Below are positions 46,531-56,027 of a stretch of DNA of 64,000 nucleotides, one piece after another. The stretch is taken from contig CALRAE010000001.1 of NCBI GenBank assembly GCA_943350445.1, forward strand, positions 29,561 to 93,560. Reading direction: 5' to 3'. Source of the DNA: Candidatus Nomurabacteria bacterium (GTDB lineage: Bacteria > Patescibacteriota > Minisyncoccia > Phycocordibacterales > UBA9973). Under the pieces are notes generated by a model, which worked only from the letters and a program-made list of their open reading frames with translations, did not search any database and was not told the origin of the DNA. Within the stretch, counting starts at the first letter, position 1. Each line of letters starts with the position of its first letter. A program made the translations under genes and the position numbers.

Positions 46531-47739
46531 ATGGAAACAAAAGGAATAAGAGCAAGTGTGGGTGCATCGTCTGGAGAGGATTCTTATACGGTTGGGGTAA
46601 ATGCGTGTCAGGATGCGATCGAGCAACTCGGAGATAAGAATCCTGATTTACTATTTGTTTTCTCTTCTATTAAATATGATCAAGAGAAAATGCTCGCTGG
46701 AGTGCGCTCGGTCGCTCCCGGCGCTCTTCTGGTTGGTTCTTCTACGTCGGGAGAGATTACGACAAATGGTCCACTCAAGGAAAGGTCTGTAGCTATTATG
46801 GCGATAAAATCACCAGAAATAAAGTATTATGTGGGTGTCGGACAACACATTATGGAAAATCCTCGCGAAGCAGGAAAATTCGCTGCTACAAAAGTTAAAG
46901 AGCAGGCGGGTGATACACTCAAAGCATTTTTGATGTTGCCAGACGTACTAGTGGGGAATGGCGCGGATATTGTCCGTGGTGTTTTAGATTCTCTTGGCGC
47001 CCACTTTCCTGTTGTTGGTGGGGCTTCAGGAGATGATTTCGAATTTAAAAAGACGTATCAGTATGTCAATGATAAAGTCTATTCAGGTTCCGTGGTGGGT
47101 CTAGGACTCTCTGGTAATTTCAAAATGGGTATCGGTGTGAAGCATGGTTGGATCCCTATAGGTGAGCCAATGAAAGTTACAAAATCAAAAGGAGCAGTTA
47201 TTAATGAGATTAATGGTCATCCAGCGGTCAAGATTTATGAAGATTATTTTGGAGAAGAAGAAACAAAGGTTTTAAGGACAGAAGTTTTAGCCAAGCTCGC
47301 CATTACTTATCCGCTTGGTATGAAAGCTCCTGGCAGTGATGAATTATTGATTCGAGACCCTCTAACGGTCGACGCCAATGGCTCAATCACTTGCGCTGCT
47401 GAAATCCCAGAAGGCTCAGAAATTCGTTTGATGATCGGTAGTCGTGAAGAAGCAGTTAAGGTGGCACAAATAGCAGCAGAGGATGCAGTCGCTCAATTGG
47501 ACGGCAGTTTACCTAAAGCAATCATTATCTTTAATTGTATCGCTCGCAATAAACTTTTCGGTGACAAATCTGGGGATGAAATAAACGCAATTCAGGAGGC
47601 AATAGGTAAGAATGTTCCTCTTATTGGCTTTTATACTTATGGAGAACAAGCTCCACTCGGAGGTGAAGTCAGAAACATAGAAAAATGTAATTCGGCTTTT
47701 CATAATGAAACCGTGGTGGTGTGTGTTTTAGCAGATTAG
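46531..47739 (+). CDS. Stand-alone FIST (N+C) sensory protein
   Basis: GSSTSGEI, GGASGD, HGW.PIG, C.AR, GFYTYGE, HNET. Confidence 0.9.
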   Translation: METKGIRASVGASSGEDSYTVGVNACQDAIEQLGDKNPDLLFVFSSIKYDQEKMLAGVRSVAPGALLVGSSTSGEITTNGPLKERSVAIMAIKSPEIKYYVGVGQHIMENPREAGKFAATKVKEQAGDTLKAFLMLPDVLVGNGADIVRGVLDSLGAHFPVVGGASGDDFEFKKTYQYVNDKVYSGSVVGLGLSGNFKMGIGVKHGWIPIGEPMKVTKSKGAVINEINGHPAVKIYEDYFGEEETKVLRTEVLAKLAITYPLGMKAPGSDELLIRDPLTVDANGSITCAAEIPEGSEIRLMIGSREEAVKVAQIAAEDAVAQLDGSLPKAIIIFNCIARNKLFGDKSGDEINAIQEAIGKNVPLIGFYTYGEQAPLGGEVRNIEKCNSAFHNETVVVCVLAD

Positions 47740-47740
47740 C

Positions 47741-48658
47741 ATGATAAATGTTACAGCAAAAAAGAGGGGTTTGAGGGATTTTTTAAAAAGCTTATTATGG
47801 AAACTTAATATTCGAGTATTTTTCTTGCCAGAAGTTGAAGAGATGGAGAGAAAACTTGCCAAATTAGAGCAAATTACAATTGAATACAACACCAGCATCA
47901 AGCTTTTAATTAGGCGAGACCTTGAACTCTCCAGGGCCAATGAAAAACTGCAAAATCTTGATGAAGTTAAATCAAATTTTATATCTGTTGTGGCTCACCA
48001 ACTCCGAACACCACTCTCTGGCATCAAATGGACTCTATCAATGCTCATAAATGGAGATTTGGGTCAATTAAATAATGATCAAAAGACCTTTATAATGAAA
48101 AGCTATGAGAGTAATACTCGGATGATCACATTGGTGAACGATATGTTGGTCGCCGATGGGATTCAGTCTGGGCGGGTACACTTTGGATTTAAACATATAG
48201 ATATTATTGATTTAATGGATAATGTTTTATTTGATATAAGTCCGCAAGCCTTGAAAAGAAAAATTTCTATTATATATAAAAACAAGTTTGAGAATCTACC
48301 AAAGGTATATGTTGACCCAGAGATGCTTCGTGCAGTTATACAAAACTTGCTGGAAAACGCTATTAAATATATAATAGAAGGGGGAAGGATTGAGATAGAT
48401 GTCAATAAAGAAAGTGACTACTTAGTTGTCTCTATTTCTGATAATGGTATAGGTATACCTAAAGATCAAGCGAAAGATGTGTTTGAAAAGTTTTTTAGAG
48501 CAAGTAACGCCATAAAGTATGAGACTGATGGCTCAGGGCTTGGTTTATATATCGCAAAAACTATTATCGAAAAAAATGGTGGAAGAATTTGGTTTAATAG
48601 TGTGGAGGGAAAAGGAACAACTTTTTATTTTACAGTTCGATTGGAAGAAAACATTTAA
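47741..48658 (+). CDS. Cytoplasmic histidine kinase
   Basis: AHQLRTPL, NLLENAIKY, DNGIG, GSGLGL. Confidence 0.93.
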   Translation: MINVTAKKRGLRDFLKSLLWKLNIRVFFLPEVEEMERKLAKLEQITIEYNTSIKLLIRRDLELSRANEKLQNLDEVKSNFISVVAHQLRTPLSGIKWTLSMLINGDLGQLNNDQKTFIMKSYESNTRMITLVNDMLVADGIQSGRVHFGFKHIDIIDLMDNVLFDISPQALKRKISIIYKNKFENLPKVYVDPEMLRAVIQNLLENAIKYIIEGGRIEIDVNKESDYLVVSISDNGIGIPKDQAKDVFEKFFRASNAIKYETDGSGLGLYIAKTIIEKNGGRIWFNSVEGKGTTFYFTVRLEENI

Positions 48659-48660
48659 TC

Positions 48661-49485
48661 ATGAAAAAAATACTAATAATCGAAGATGATTTATTTTTAG
48701 GGGATGCATTAAGTCAAAAATTAATAGCTGAAGGTTTTGAAGTGAGCCTCGCTGTAGATGGTTTAAAGGGATACGAAAAAATAAAATCTTTTAAACCAGA
48801 TTTAGTGTTGCTCGATATTATTTTACCGACGATGAATGGTTATGAGATTTTGGAGGCTAAACAAAAGGATGCTTCTATTTCTAATATCCCAGTTATTATT
48901 GTATCTAACTCTGGTCAACCTGTTGAGATTAATCGCGCACTTTCACTTGGGGTCAAAGATTATTTAGTCAAAGCTCAGTTTGATCCAGAAGAGGTTTTGG
49001 TTAAAGTACGATCTCAGTTTAGAGAAGACAATGAGGAAATTTCATCTAACTTAGTTCAGTCCTTAGAGGGTATGATAAATAAAAAAATGACTACAGCCGA
49101 TCTTGAAGGCAAGAGAGTTATGTGGGTTGAGGATGACCAATTTCTTAATGACATTATTTCACGCAAACTTGCTCTTACTAAATGCACTTTTTTTCATGCG
49201 AGTGAAGGTGAAGAAGCTTTAAAACTTATAAATACAGAAATTCCTGATATTATAATGCTCGATATTATCCTTTCTGGTATAGATGGTTTTGAAATTTTAC
49301 GTAGAATAAAGAGTGATCCAAAAATTAAGCATATACCCGTCATTCTCCTGTCTAATCTGGGCCAAGCGAGTGATATTGAAAAAGGTAAAAGCCTTGGGGC
49401 TGCGCGTTTTATGGTCAAAGCGACTGTTACACCCAATGAAATCATAGATGCAATAAAAGAGGTGTTGAATAAAGATAAAAAATAA
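48661..49485 (+). CDS. Tandem-receiver response regulator
   Basis: Two REC domains (EDD, LLD/MLD, K). Confidence 0.92.
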   Translation: MKKILIIEDDLFLGDALSQKLIAEGFEVSLAVDGLKGYEKIKSFKPDLVLLDIILPTMNGYEILEAKQKDASISNIPVIIVSNSGQPVEINRALSLGVKDYLVKAQFDPEEVLVKVRSQFREDNEEISSNLVQSLEGMINKKMTTADLEGKRVMWVEDDQFLNDIISRKLALTKCTFFHASEGEEALKLINTEIPDIIMLDIILSGIDGFEILRRIKSDPKIKHIPVILLSNLGQASDIEKGKSLGAARFMVKATVTPNEIIDAIKEVLNKDKK

Positions 49486-49609
49486 GAGTGATATAAGGGT
49501 TTTTTGTAAAACATGCTATAATTACATGGTCGATCATTATAAACTTTTTAACTTAATTTGTTTATGATTAATGGAGACGGACACTAAAAAATATTTGTTT
49601 TCTTTTTAA

Positions 49610-49636
49610 AAAAGACGGCATGAGCTGTCTTTTTTA
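49610..49636 (+). terminator. Intrinsic terminator
   Basis: aaaaagacggc-atga-gctgtcttttt. Confidence 0.7.
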
Positions 49637-49652
49637 TGTTATTATGCTATCG

Positions 49653-50855
49653 ATGAATAAATTGGCTCTGAAAAAAAATACCTGTTCTTATTGTGGAGAA
49701 TCTCCCATAAATCACTATTTTGCATTTCTTGAAAGCGCGATTTTTTTTAATCTTGATAATCACGTAAAAAAATTTATAAAATATGTCCCATCTTTTGTGA
49801 AAGATTTTGTTGATTTAGTTCCTGAATTTTTATTTAAAACATTGGTTTTTGTAAAAATAGCCAAATTCTCCAATGATATTGATAAGGCCAACACATTTCG
49901 TTCAAGAATTATTTGGGAAGAAGCAAAAAAAAGAGATATATTGATGGAGCAAGTTATATTTTTAGGTAAACCGTTAGACCAGTATCGGGCGCTACTGAAG
50001 ATTAAAAACAAAAGTAAGTATTACTACTTTGAAAGTATTCCTATTCGGCCAGAATTTCTTGATAAACATATTTCCTGGGATGATAAGGTGGTAATGAAGC
50101 AAGAATTCAAGAAATATAAAATTCCGGTGCCTGACTATGTAGAGTTGTCTGCACTTCTATTGCCCAGTCTAAAGAAACTTGAAAAGATATTTGCTAATAT
50201 TAAAAAACCAATAATTGTTAAGCCACGGGTCGGTTCGCGTGGTCGGCACACTGTTACTCATATTAATGATTTATTGCAGTTTCGTATGGGTATCACCATC
50301 GCACGGAAGATATGTTCACAGTTGATTGTGGAAGAACATCTTTATGGAGATGTCTGTCGTGCAACTGTTATCGGGGATAAGTTGATGGGTTTTTATCGAG
50401 GTAGCTTGCCGCAAATAGTCGGTGATGGGCAAAGGACAATAAAACAATTAATTGATCAAAAAAATAAAGAAAAAATTTATAAATATCATATTCGTATGGA
50501 TGATGAACTCCATGATCATATAAAAAGATTGGGTTGGGGGATAGAAGATGTACTAACATTAGGATTAAATATTTCTCTTTCTCATAGGCGAGGTCAGTTG
50601 TTTGGTGGAGCAACATCTGAGATGATTGATGAACTTCATCCAAGCTTTATTCCAATTTTTGAAAAAGCTGCCAGGGTTATGGATGTATCGGTCGTTGGTT
50701 TTGATGCTATTATTCCGGACCCAACAAAAGACGCTAGCTCACAATCTTGGGGGATTATAGAGTGCAACACGTTACCTTTTATAGATATGCATTATTATGC
50801 TTTAGAAGGAAAGCCAAAAAATATCGCAGGAGCTATTTGGGACATGTGGAACTAG
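49653..50855 (+). CDS. ATP-grasp ligase (cyanophycin synthetase N-terminal-like)
   Basis: IVKP..GSRG, VGDG..TI..LI, G.D, IIECNTLP. Confidence 0.8.
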   Translation: MNKLALKKNTCSYCGESPINHYFAFLESAIFFNLDNHVKKFIKYVPSFVKDFVDLVPEFLFKTLVFVKIAKFSNDIDKANTFRSRIIWEEAKKRDILMEQVIFLGKPLDQYRALLKIKNKSKYYYFESIPIRPEFLDKHISWDDKVVMKQEFKKYKIPVPDYVELSALLLPSLKKLEKIFANIKKPIIVKPRVGSRGRHTVTHINDLLQFRMGITIARKICSQLIVEEHLYGDVCRATVIGDKLMGFYRGSLPQIVGDGQRTIKQLIDQKNKEKIYKYHIRMDDELHDHIKRLGWGIEDVLTLGLNISLSHRRGQLFGGATSEMIDELHPSFIPIFEKAARVMDVSVVGFDAIIPDPTKDASSQSWGIIECNTLPFIDMHYYALEGKPKNIAGAIWDMWN

Positions 50856-51508
50856 ACCGAAGTGGTGGTGGGTTTATTTAAAAACAATTCCCATTCTTTT
50901 TTGAATAAGAATTTACAAGTTTCAAAAATTGTATAAGTAATAAAATAAGCTGCTAAAACGTCTATCGAATAGTGTATATGCCCAAGTAGCACGACTATCG
51001 CAAAAGTTATAGAAAATCCCAAGAAGATTGTTCTAATTGTTTTTTGTTTCCAAAACATTAAAGCCAAAAGAAAAGGTAATCCAGTGTGTCCAGAAAAGAA
51101 AAGATCATTGCCGGTAAAAATTCCGGTAAACAGGGGGCTATTAAAAAAAGATGATTCTATGACTATACTAGTTGGGAAGGCGCTAATGTGTGTGAGGATG
51201 ACAAAGAGTGAGCGTATCAAAGTAAAAAGAGCAATGCTTTTCATAGCAAAAGGTAGACGTTTTGGTTCTGCAAATCCAATGAATAATCCTATAAACAACA
51301 ACAGCACGGATCCATACACAAAAATGCCACCTACGTCATAAACCCTTATGTTGCTGAGTATTAAATCAGTTACGGGAGTGCTGGGTAGATTGTTTACATA
51401 GCCACTTATGTAGAATTGCATAGCTAAGCTAACTATCAATAAAAGTAGTCCACCAAAAAAAGATATAAGGAAATTTTTATCAGTAAAATAAGTTTTATAT
51501 AATTGCAT
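50852..51508 (-). CDS. Sphingomyelin-synthase/PAP2-C-like membrane phosphotransferase
   Basis: NDLFFSGHT and HYSIDVLAAY motifs. Confidence 0.8.
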   Translation of the reverse strand: MQLYKTYFTDKNFLISFFGGLLLLIVSLAMQFYISGYVNNLPSTPVTDLILSNIRVYDVGGIFVYGSVLLLFIGLFIGFAEPKRLPFAMKSIALFTLIRSLFVILTHISAFPTSIVIESSFFNSPLFTGIFTGNDLFFSGHTGLPFLLALMFWKQKTIRTIFLGFSITFAIVVLLGHIHYSIDVLAAYFITYTIFETCKFLFKKEWELFLNKPTTTSV

Positions 51509-51534
51509 ATGGTTATTGTATCAAATTAGTCTTT

Positions 51535-52347
51535 TTATGCAAAGATATTTTTCTTTAGAAAAGATTCTATCGCTTTGGACATTTCTTTTGCGGCATTGTG
51601 GGCGGTATTGTGATCAATGTTTTTTATACTTTTGAATTTTGAATTTTGTATCTCCTTGGACATTTTTATGGCCATTTTCAATGGCACCATGGTGTCTTTT
51701 TCGCCATGGATGATCAGAGTTGGCACATTTATTTTCTGTAGTGAATAATTTTGGGCGGGTATAAGAGATTGTCTTAGTGTATAGAAATGCACCCTAGGTG
51801 TCGTATTTATCATGTCTGCCAAGTTCCTTCTGATACTCCAATCAGTTGAATTTATGTGTTTGCTGTAGTCTACATGACCACGAGGTTTAGGATTAAAAGG
51901 TAATAAGCCCAGAATAAATGTCGAGATCTTCAAGATTGGTTTTAATATTTTACCTACAAATCCAGTATTTAGATAAACTTCAGGTGAAGTAAATATGATT
52001 GCAGTAACACTTTCTCTATATAATTTTATATATTCTATACCAATGAGTGCACCAAAGGAGTTGCCAATTAAAACAAATTTTTTAATATTCAAATGTGTGA
52101 TTAGGTCATGAAGGTCGTTGGCAAAATTTCCTATCTCGTAGTCCGAATATTTAGGAAATTTCTTTGATTTACCATGTCCTCGTATATCGTAAGTTAAGAC
52201 ATTATATTTATTCTCAAATATTTTCTCATAAGGTAGCCATGCAGAAGAAGAACCAGCAGCGCCGTGCACAAAAACCAGAGTTGGTCTATTTGGCCTAAAT
52301 TCATTCTTTCTGTAATATATTTTGTTTTCAAAAAGATATTCTTGCAT
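51535..52347 (-). CDS. Alpha/beta hydrolase
   Basis: HG, DIRGHG, GNSFG nucleophile elbow, D, H. Confidence 0.9.
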   Translation of the reverse strand: MQEYLFENKIYYRKNEFRPNRPTLVFVHGAAGSSSAWLPYEKIFENKYNVLTYDIRGHGKSKKFPKYSDYEIGNFANDLHDLITHLNIKKFVLIGNSFGALIGIEYIKLYRESVTAIIFTSPEVYLNTGFVGKILKPILKISTFILGLLPFNPKPRGHVDYSKHINSTDWSIRRNLADMINTTPRVHFYTLRQSLIPAQNYSLQKINVPTLIIHGEKDTMVPLKMAIKMSKEIQNSKFKSIKNIDHNTAHNAAKEMSKAIESFLKKNIFA

Positions 52348-53534
52348 TATTTTTTATTTTTTAGAGCTGAATGATAAACTTCCTCTAGTAAGGCAATACT
52401 TTTGTGTATATCATAAGCTTGGCTTTTTTCAAGACTAACTTCACCAAATCTTTTTCTTAGACCAGCATCCTTTATTAATTTTAGAGCTTGGTGTGCTAAA
52501 TCTGCGTGATCTTTTGCTGTAAATAAAAATCCATTACCATCTACAAAATATCTCGATGCGCTCATTTGTGCATCAGAGACTATGACTGGTTTACCACAAG
52601 CCATCGCTTCGAGTACTACCATGCCTTCGAGTTCTGCGAGTGATGGCAGGATAAATATGTCGCTTGCATTATATGCCAAGATTTTATCTTCTTCACTCAC
52701 TAGTCCTAAAAATGTGACATGTTTTTGAACATCGAGCTTCTCGGCAAGCTTTTCAAGCTTTGTTCTTTGGTGTCCTCCTCCGACTATCATTATGTGTGTA
52801 TCTGGATGCTCTTTGATTATTTGTGGTATTGATTTAATGAGAGTGTCGATGGATTTTTCTGGGAACAATCTTCCCACGAAAAGTAGTTTAGTTGCTTTAA
52901 GAGGAATATTATAACGATGATAAAAATTTCCAATATCTAGAGGCTTAAATTCTTTTAAATTTATTCCGTTACTTATTACTGTAGAAGGTTGTTTTTTATG
53001 ATTTAACTTTTCTAATAGACCCCGAGCCATCTCGGTGGGATATATTAATGATTCAGCCTGAGTATATACCCAGCTTAGATATTTATTCCATAATCTATCA
53101 AGTGTCGGTCTTGTAACCTTCGGCATATTCATAAAGATATTTTCGGGTTGAGAATGGGAATGTGTCACCAACTTGATTCCGAGCGCACGAGCTGCCTGTA
53201 TTGCCACTATAGCTCCAGACATTGGCAGAATTATGTGTACTACATCTATTTTTTCTTCCTTAAAAACTTTTTTTAATTCGCCCACTGTCGGGAGGGCAGT
53301 GTGCCACCCTCCAGATTGTGGTAAGGGGATAGATCGGAAACGATACGCTTTTATCCCATTGTGCTCGCTATGACCCCTATGTTCTTTAGATCGGGCTCCG
53401 ATAAAAATAATATGATGACCACGTTCTTTAAGAAGTTGGGAAAATCGCATGGTCGAAACGACCACTCCTGATTTATTGCTACCAATAGGGTCACAAACCA
53501 TCGCTATATTAAGTTTCTTGTGATTTGTTTCCAT
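52347..53534 (-). CDS. GT4 glycosyltransferase
   Basis: VGRL..EK, ELEGMVVLEAMACG. Confidence 0.92.
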   Translation of the reverse strand: METNHKKLNIAMVCDPIGSNKSGVVVSTMRFSQLLKERGHHIIFIGARSKEHRGHSEHNGIKAYRFRSIPLPQSGGWHTALPTVGELKKVFKEEKIDVVHIILPMSGAIVAIQAARALGIKLVTHSHSQPENIFMNMPKVTRPTLDRLWNKYLSWVYTQAESLIYPTEMARGLLEKLNHKKQPSTVISNGINLKEFKPLDIGNFYHRYNIPLKATKLLFVGRLFPEKSIDTLIKSIPQIIKEHPDTHIMIVGGGHQRTKLEKLAEKLDVQKHVTFLGLVSEEDKILAYNASDIFILPSLAELEGMVVLEAMACGKPVIVSDAQMSASRYFVDGNGFLFTAKDHADLAHQALKLIKDAGLRKRFGEVSLEKSQAYDIHKSIALLEEVYHSALKNKK

Positions 53535-53550
53535 CTTCGATAAATTAATT

Positions 53551-54768
53551 TTATTGAGACTGTGTGGGAATATGCTTTCTCACCTCTTTAAACTTTTTGT
53601 TATATTTAATCGCTTGTTTGTATATCGCTAGATATTTCTCAATCATTTTTTCAATGCTGTGATTTTTTATTATTTGTAAGCTCTTTTTGCCCATATCCTC
53701 TCTCTTGTTTGCATTTACCATCATGTCATAAATTTCTTTGGCAAGGATATTGATGTCTCCAGGTTTAAAAAGTAATCCATTCACTTCATTCTTTATAAGG
53801 TGGGGTAACGCACCAGCGTTAACAGCTATTACTGGTAGTTCTGAGGCCATAGCTTCCATGACAGCTAGGCATTGGAGTTCAAACGGGCAAGCATTAATGA
53901 AGCAATCAGCGATAGTATAAAAGGCTGGCAGATCTTCATCAGACATAAATCCAGTAAAAAAAACATTGTCGCTGATACCCAGTTTCTTTACTTGTTTCTT
54001 TAGGCTATTTATTTCAAATCCACCCCCAACAATAGCTAGAGAAAAATCCACCTTCTTCATAGCTTTTGCGCTGGCTTCTATGATTTGCTCAACATGCTTT
54101 TCTGCTTCGAGGCGACCGACATACAATAATATCGGTTTATTTTCTTCGATATTAAAATGTCTACGTAAATACATACCATTATTTTTTGTATTAAATCTTT
54201 CTAGATCAACCCCATTCGTGATTGAGACCACTCTAATATCGAGTAGGGGGCGGATAATATTCGCGGCGATTTCTGTCGGTGTGGTGATGAATGGCACTTT
54301 ATTAAAAACTCTTGCGAAGTCATACCACATGAGCTCATTCACCAAACCAATAATTTTTTTAGGTAGGGGTAAATAATGAGTTAGATTGTCTGGCATAAAA
54401 TGGTTTGTCGCTACGATAGGGAAGCCCTGCTTTTTGGCTACCTTAAGCATGGCTCGGTTGATGGTGAAATGACCTTGCATATGAATCACATCTGGTTTGA
54501 ATTCTTTTAGAATTTTTTTCATTTGGGATTGAATGAAAAATGGATGCGGCAGGCGCATATCTTTTACTTTTTTTAAGATTTGCACTGAAGAAACACCGAA
54601 TACACGAATATTATTTTTTTTCTCATCTGTATTTTTCAAAAAACGTGATGGAGCAACCACCGCTACTTCATGACCCTCTGCTTTTTTGTATCGAGCGAGG
54701 CGTTGGGTAAAATAAGAACACCCATTCACGTCTGGATAATACATATCTGCCACAATAAGAATTTTCAT
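53551..54768 (-). CDS. GT4 glycosyltransferase (diacylglycerol glycosyltransferase-like)
   Basis: D.Y.P.VNG, TNHFMP.N, VGRL..EK, ELQ....EAMA. Confidence 0.92.
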   Translation of the reverse strand: MKILIVADMYYPDVNGCSYFTQRLARYKKAEGHEVAVVAPSRFLKNTDEKKNNIRVFGVSSVQILKKVKDMRLPHPFFIQSQMKKILKEFKPDVIHMQGHFTINRAMLKVAKKQGFPIVATNHFMPDNLTHYLPLPKKIIGLVNELMWYDFARVFNKVPFITTPTEIAANIIRPLLDIRVVSITNGVDLERFNTKNNGMYLRRHFNIEENKPILLYVGRLEAEKHVEQIIEASAKAMKKVDFSLAIVGGGFEINSLKKQVKKLGISDNVFFTGFMSDEDLPAFYTIADCFINACPFELQCLAVMEAMASELPVIAVNAGALPHLIKNEVNGLLFKPGDINILAKEIYDMMVNANKREDMGKKSLQIIKNHSIEKMIEKYLAIYKQAIKYNKKFKEVRKHIPTQSQ

Positions 54769-55313
54769 ATTTTTATACTTAACTTATATTTCTTCATCAA
54801 AACAAACAATAACACTACTAAGAGAATCACACTTGTGGTGGCCGCGTAATAGTCTAAATATTTTTCGATTACCATATAAGTGTGTCCAAAGAATATACCA
54901 ATGAGCAGCATTATAAAAGACTGTACTAAAGAAATGATCGTACATGTTTTGAAATATCTAAGATAATCTACGCGTGATGCACCAGCGGCGATCAATCCAG
55001 TGAATCCCACACCATGAGCAAGTTTAGATACTATGATTGCTTTTTTGTGATTGTCTTGGAAGTACAACCTTGCCTTCTCAAGCTTTTCATCGCTTATCTT
55101 AAAATAACCTAAGAATCTTTTTCCGAAGTATCCGATATAGTATACGATTGCATCACCTACCACGTCTCCAATTACCATTACAACATAGACTACAAAAGGA
55201 TTGAAAACTCCAAGCGTAACTAAAAATCCAGCCACCACAGCAATTATCGGCCCTTCAATTATCGAAAGAGGCACTAGAATGATATATTTATATGTGAGTA
55301 AAAGTTCGATCAT
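54765..55313 (-). CDS. DedA/VTT family membrane protein
   Basis: EGP...AGF, GD...Y.IG, AG. Confidence 0.85.
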   Translation of the reverse strand: MIELLLTYKYIILVPLSIIEGPIIAVVAGFLVTLGVFNPFVVYVVMVIGDVVGDAIVYYIGYFGKRFLGYFKISDEKLEKARLYFQDNHKKAIIVSKLAHGVGFTGLIAAGASRVDYLRYFKTCTIISLVQSFIMLLIGIFFGHTYMVIEKYLDYYAATTSVILLVVLLFVLMKKYKLSIKI

Positions 55314-55342
55314 TTAAGTTAATTAATACTAACACATTAGAA

Positions 55343-56005
55343 CTAATGCGCTATGGTGAAAGCGATGACTTTTTTTGCTCCATTTTGCTTTAGAATTTTC
55401 CTCGCTTCGTTTAATGTCGCACCTGTTGTGGTGATATCGTCTAGTAAAATTACATTTCTATTTTTCATGACTTCTTTATTTTTTATAGAGAATGAACCGG
55501 CGATATTTTTCAGTCTAATGCGCCTGTCTTTGATGCGAGCTTGATGTTCGGTATCTTTAGGTTTTATTAAAACATCAGTATGTAATTCAAAATTTTTATT
55601 TTCATCTATCTTGGCCAATTCTTTACAGATTAATTCTGTTTGGTTGTATCCACGCTCTCTACGTCTTTTAGAAGAAAGGGGGATTGGGATCAAAATAGGG
55701 TTATTATAATTTTCCATTACAGACAATTCTGAGAGTTCCTCTAATATTTTGCCATGCATTAGTTCGGCTAGTATTTGAGCTAGTCTTTTCTTACCCTTGT
55801 ATTTTATAAGCCACAGAGTCTTTTTGATTGGCGGATGACGATAGTCATAAAGTGGGAAAATCCATTTTGCACTTTCACGTTCTGCGATGGGGAAGTCACC
55901 TATGCATGTAATACATAAATCGGATCCTCGTTTCCCACAAGAGAGGCAGTTTGTGGGGAAAATAGTATTTAACATATTGCTCAATATAGTGTTAAATAAT
56001 GGCAT
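55343..56005 (-). CDS. comF: ComF family competence protein
   Basis: CxxC..CxxC, PIPL...R..RGYNQ, DDITTTGAT. Confidence 0.92.
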   Translation of the reverse strand: MPLFNTILSNMLNTIFPTNCLSCGKRGSDLCITCIGDFPIAERESAKWIFPLYDYRHPPIKKTLWLIKYKGKKRLAQILAELMHGKILEELSELSVMENYNNPILIPIPLSSKRRRERGYNQTELICKELAKIDENKNFELHTDVLIKPKDTEHQARIKDRRIRLKNIAGSFSIKNKEVMKNRNVILLDDITTTGATLNEARKILKQNGAKKVIAFTIAH

Positions 56006-56027
56006 ATATGATATAATCATAACATAG

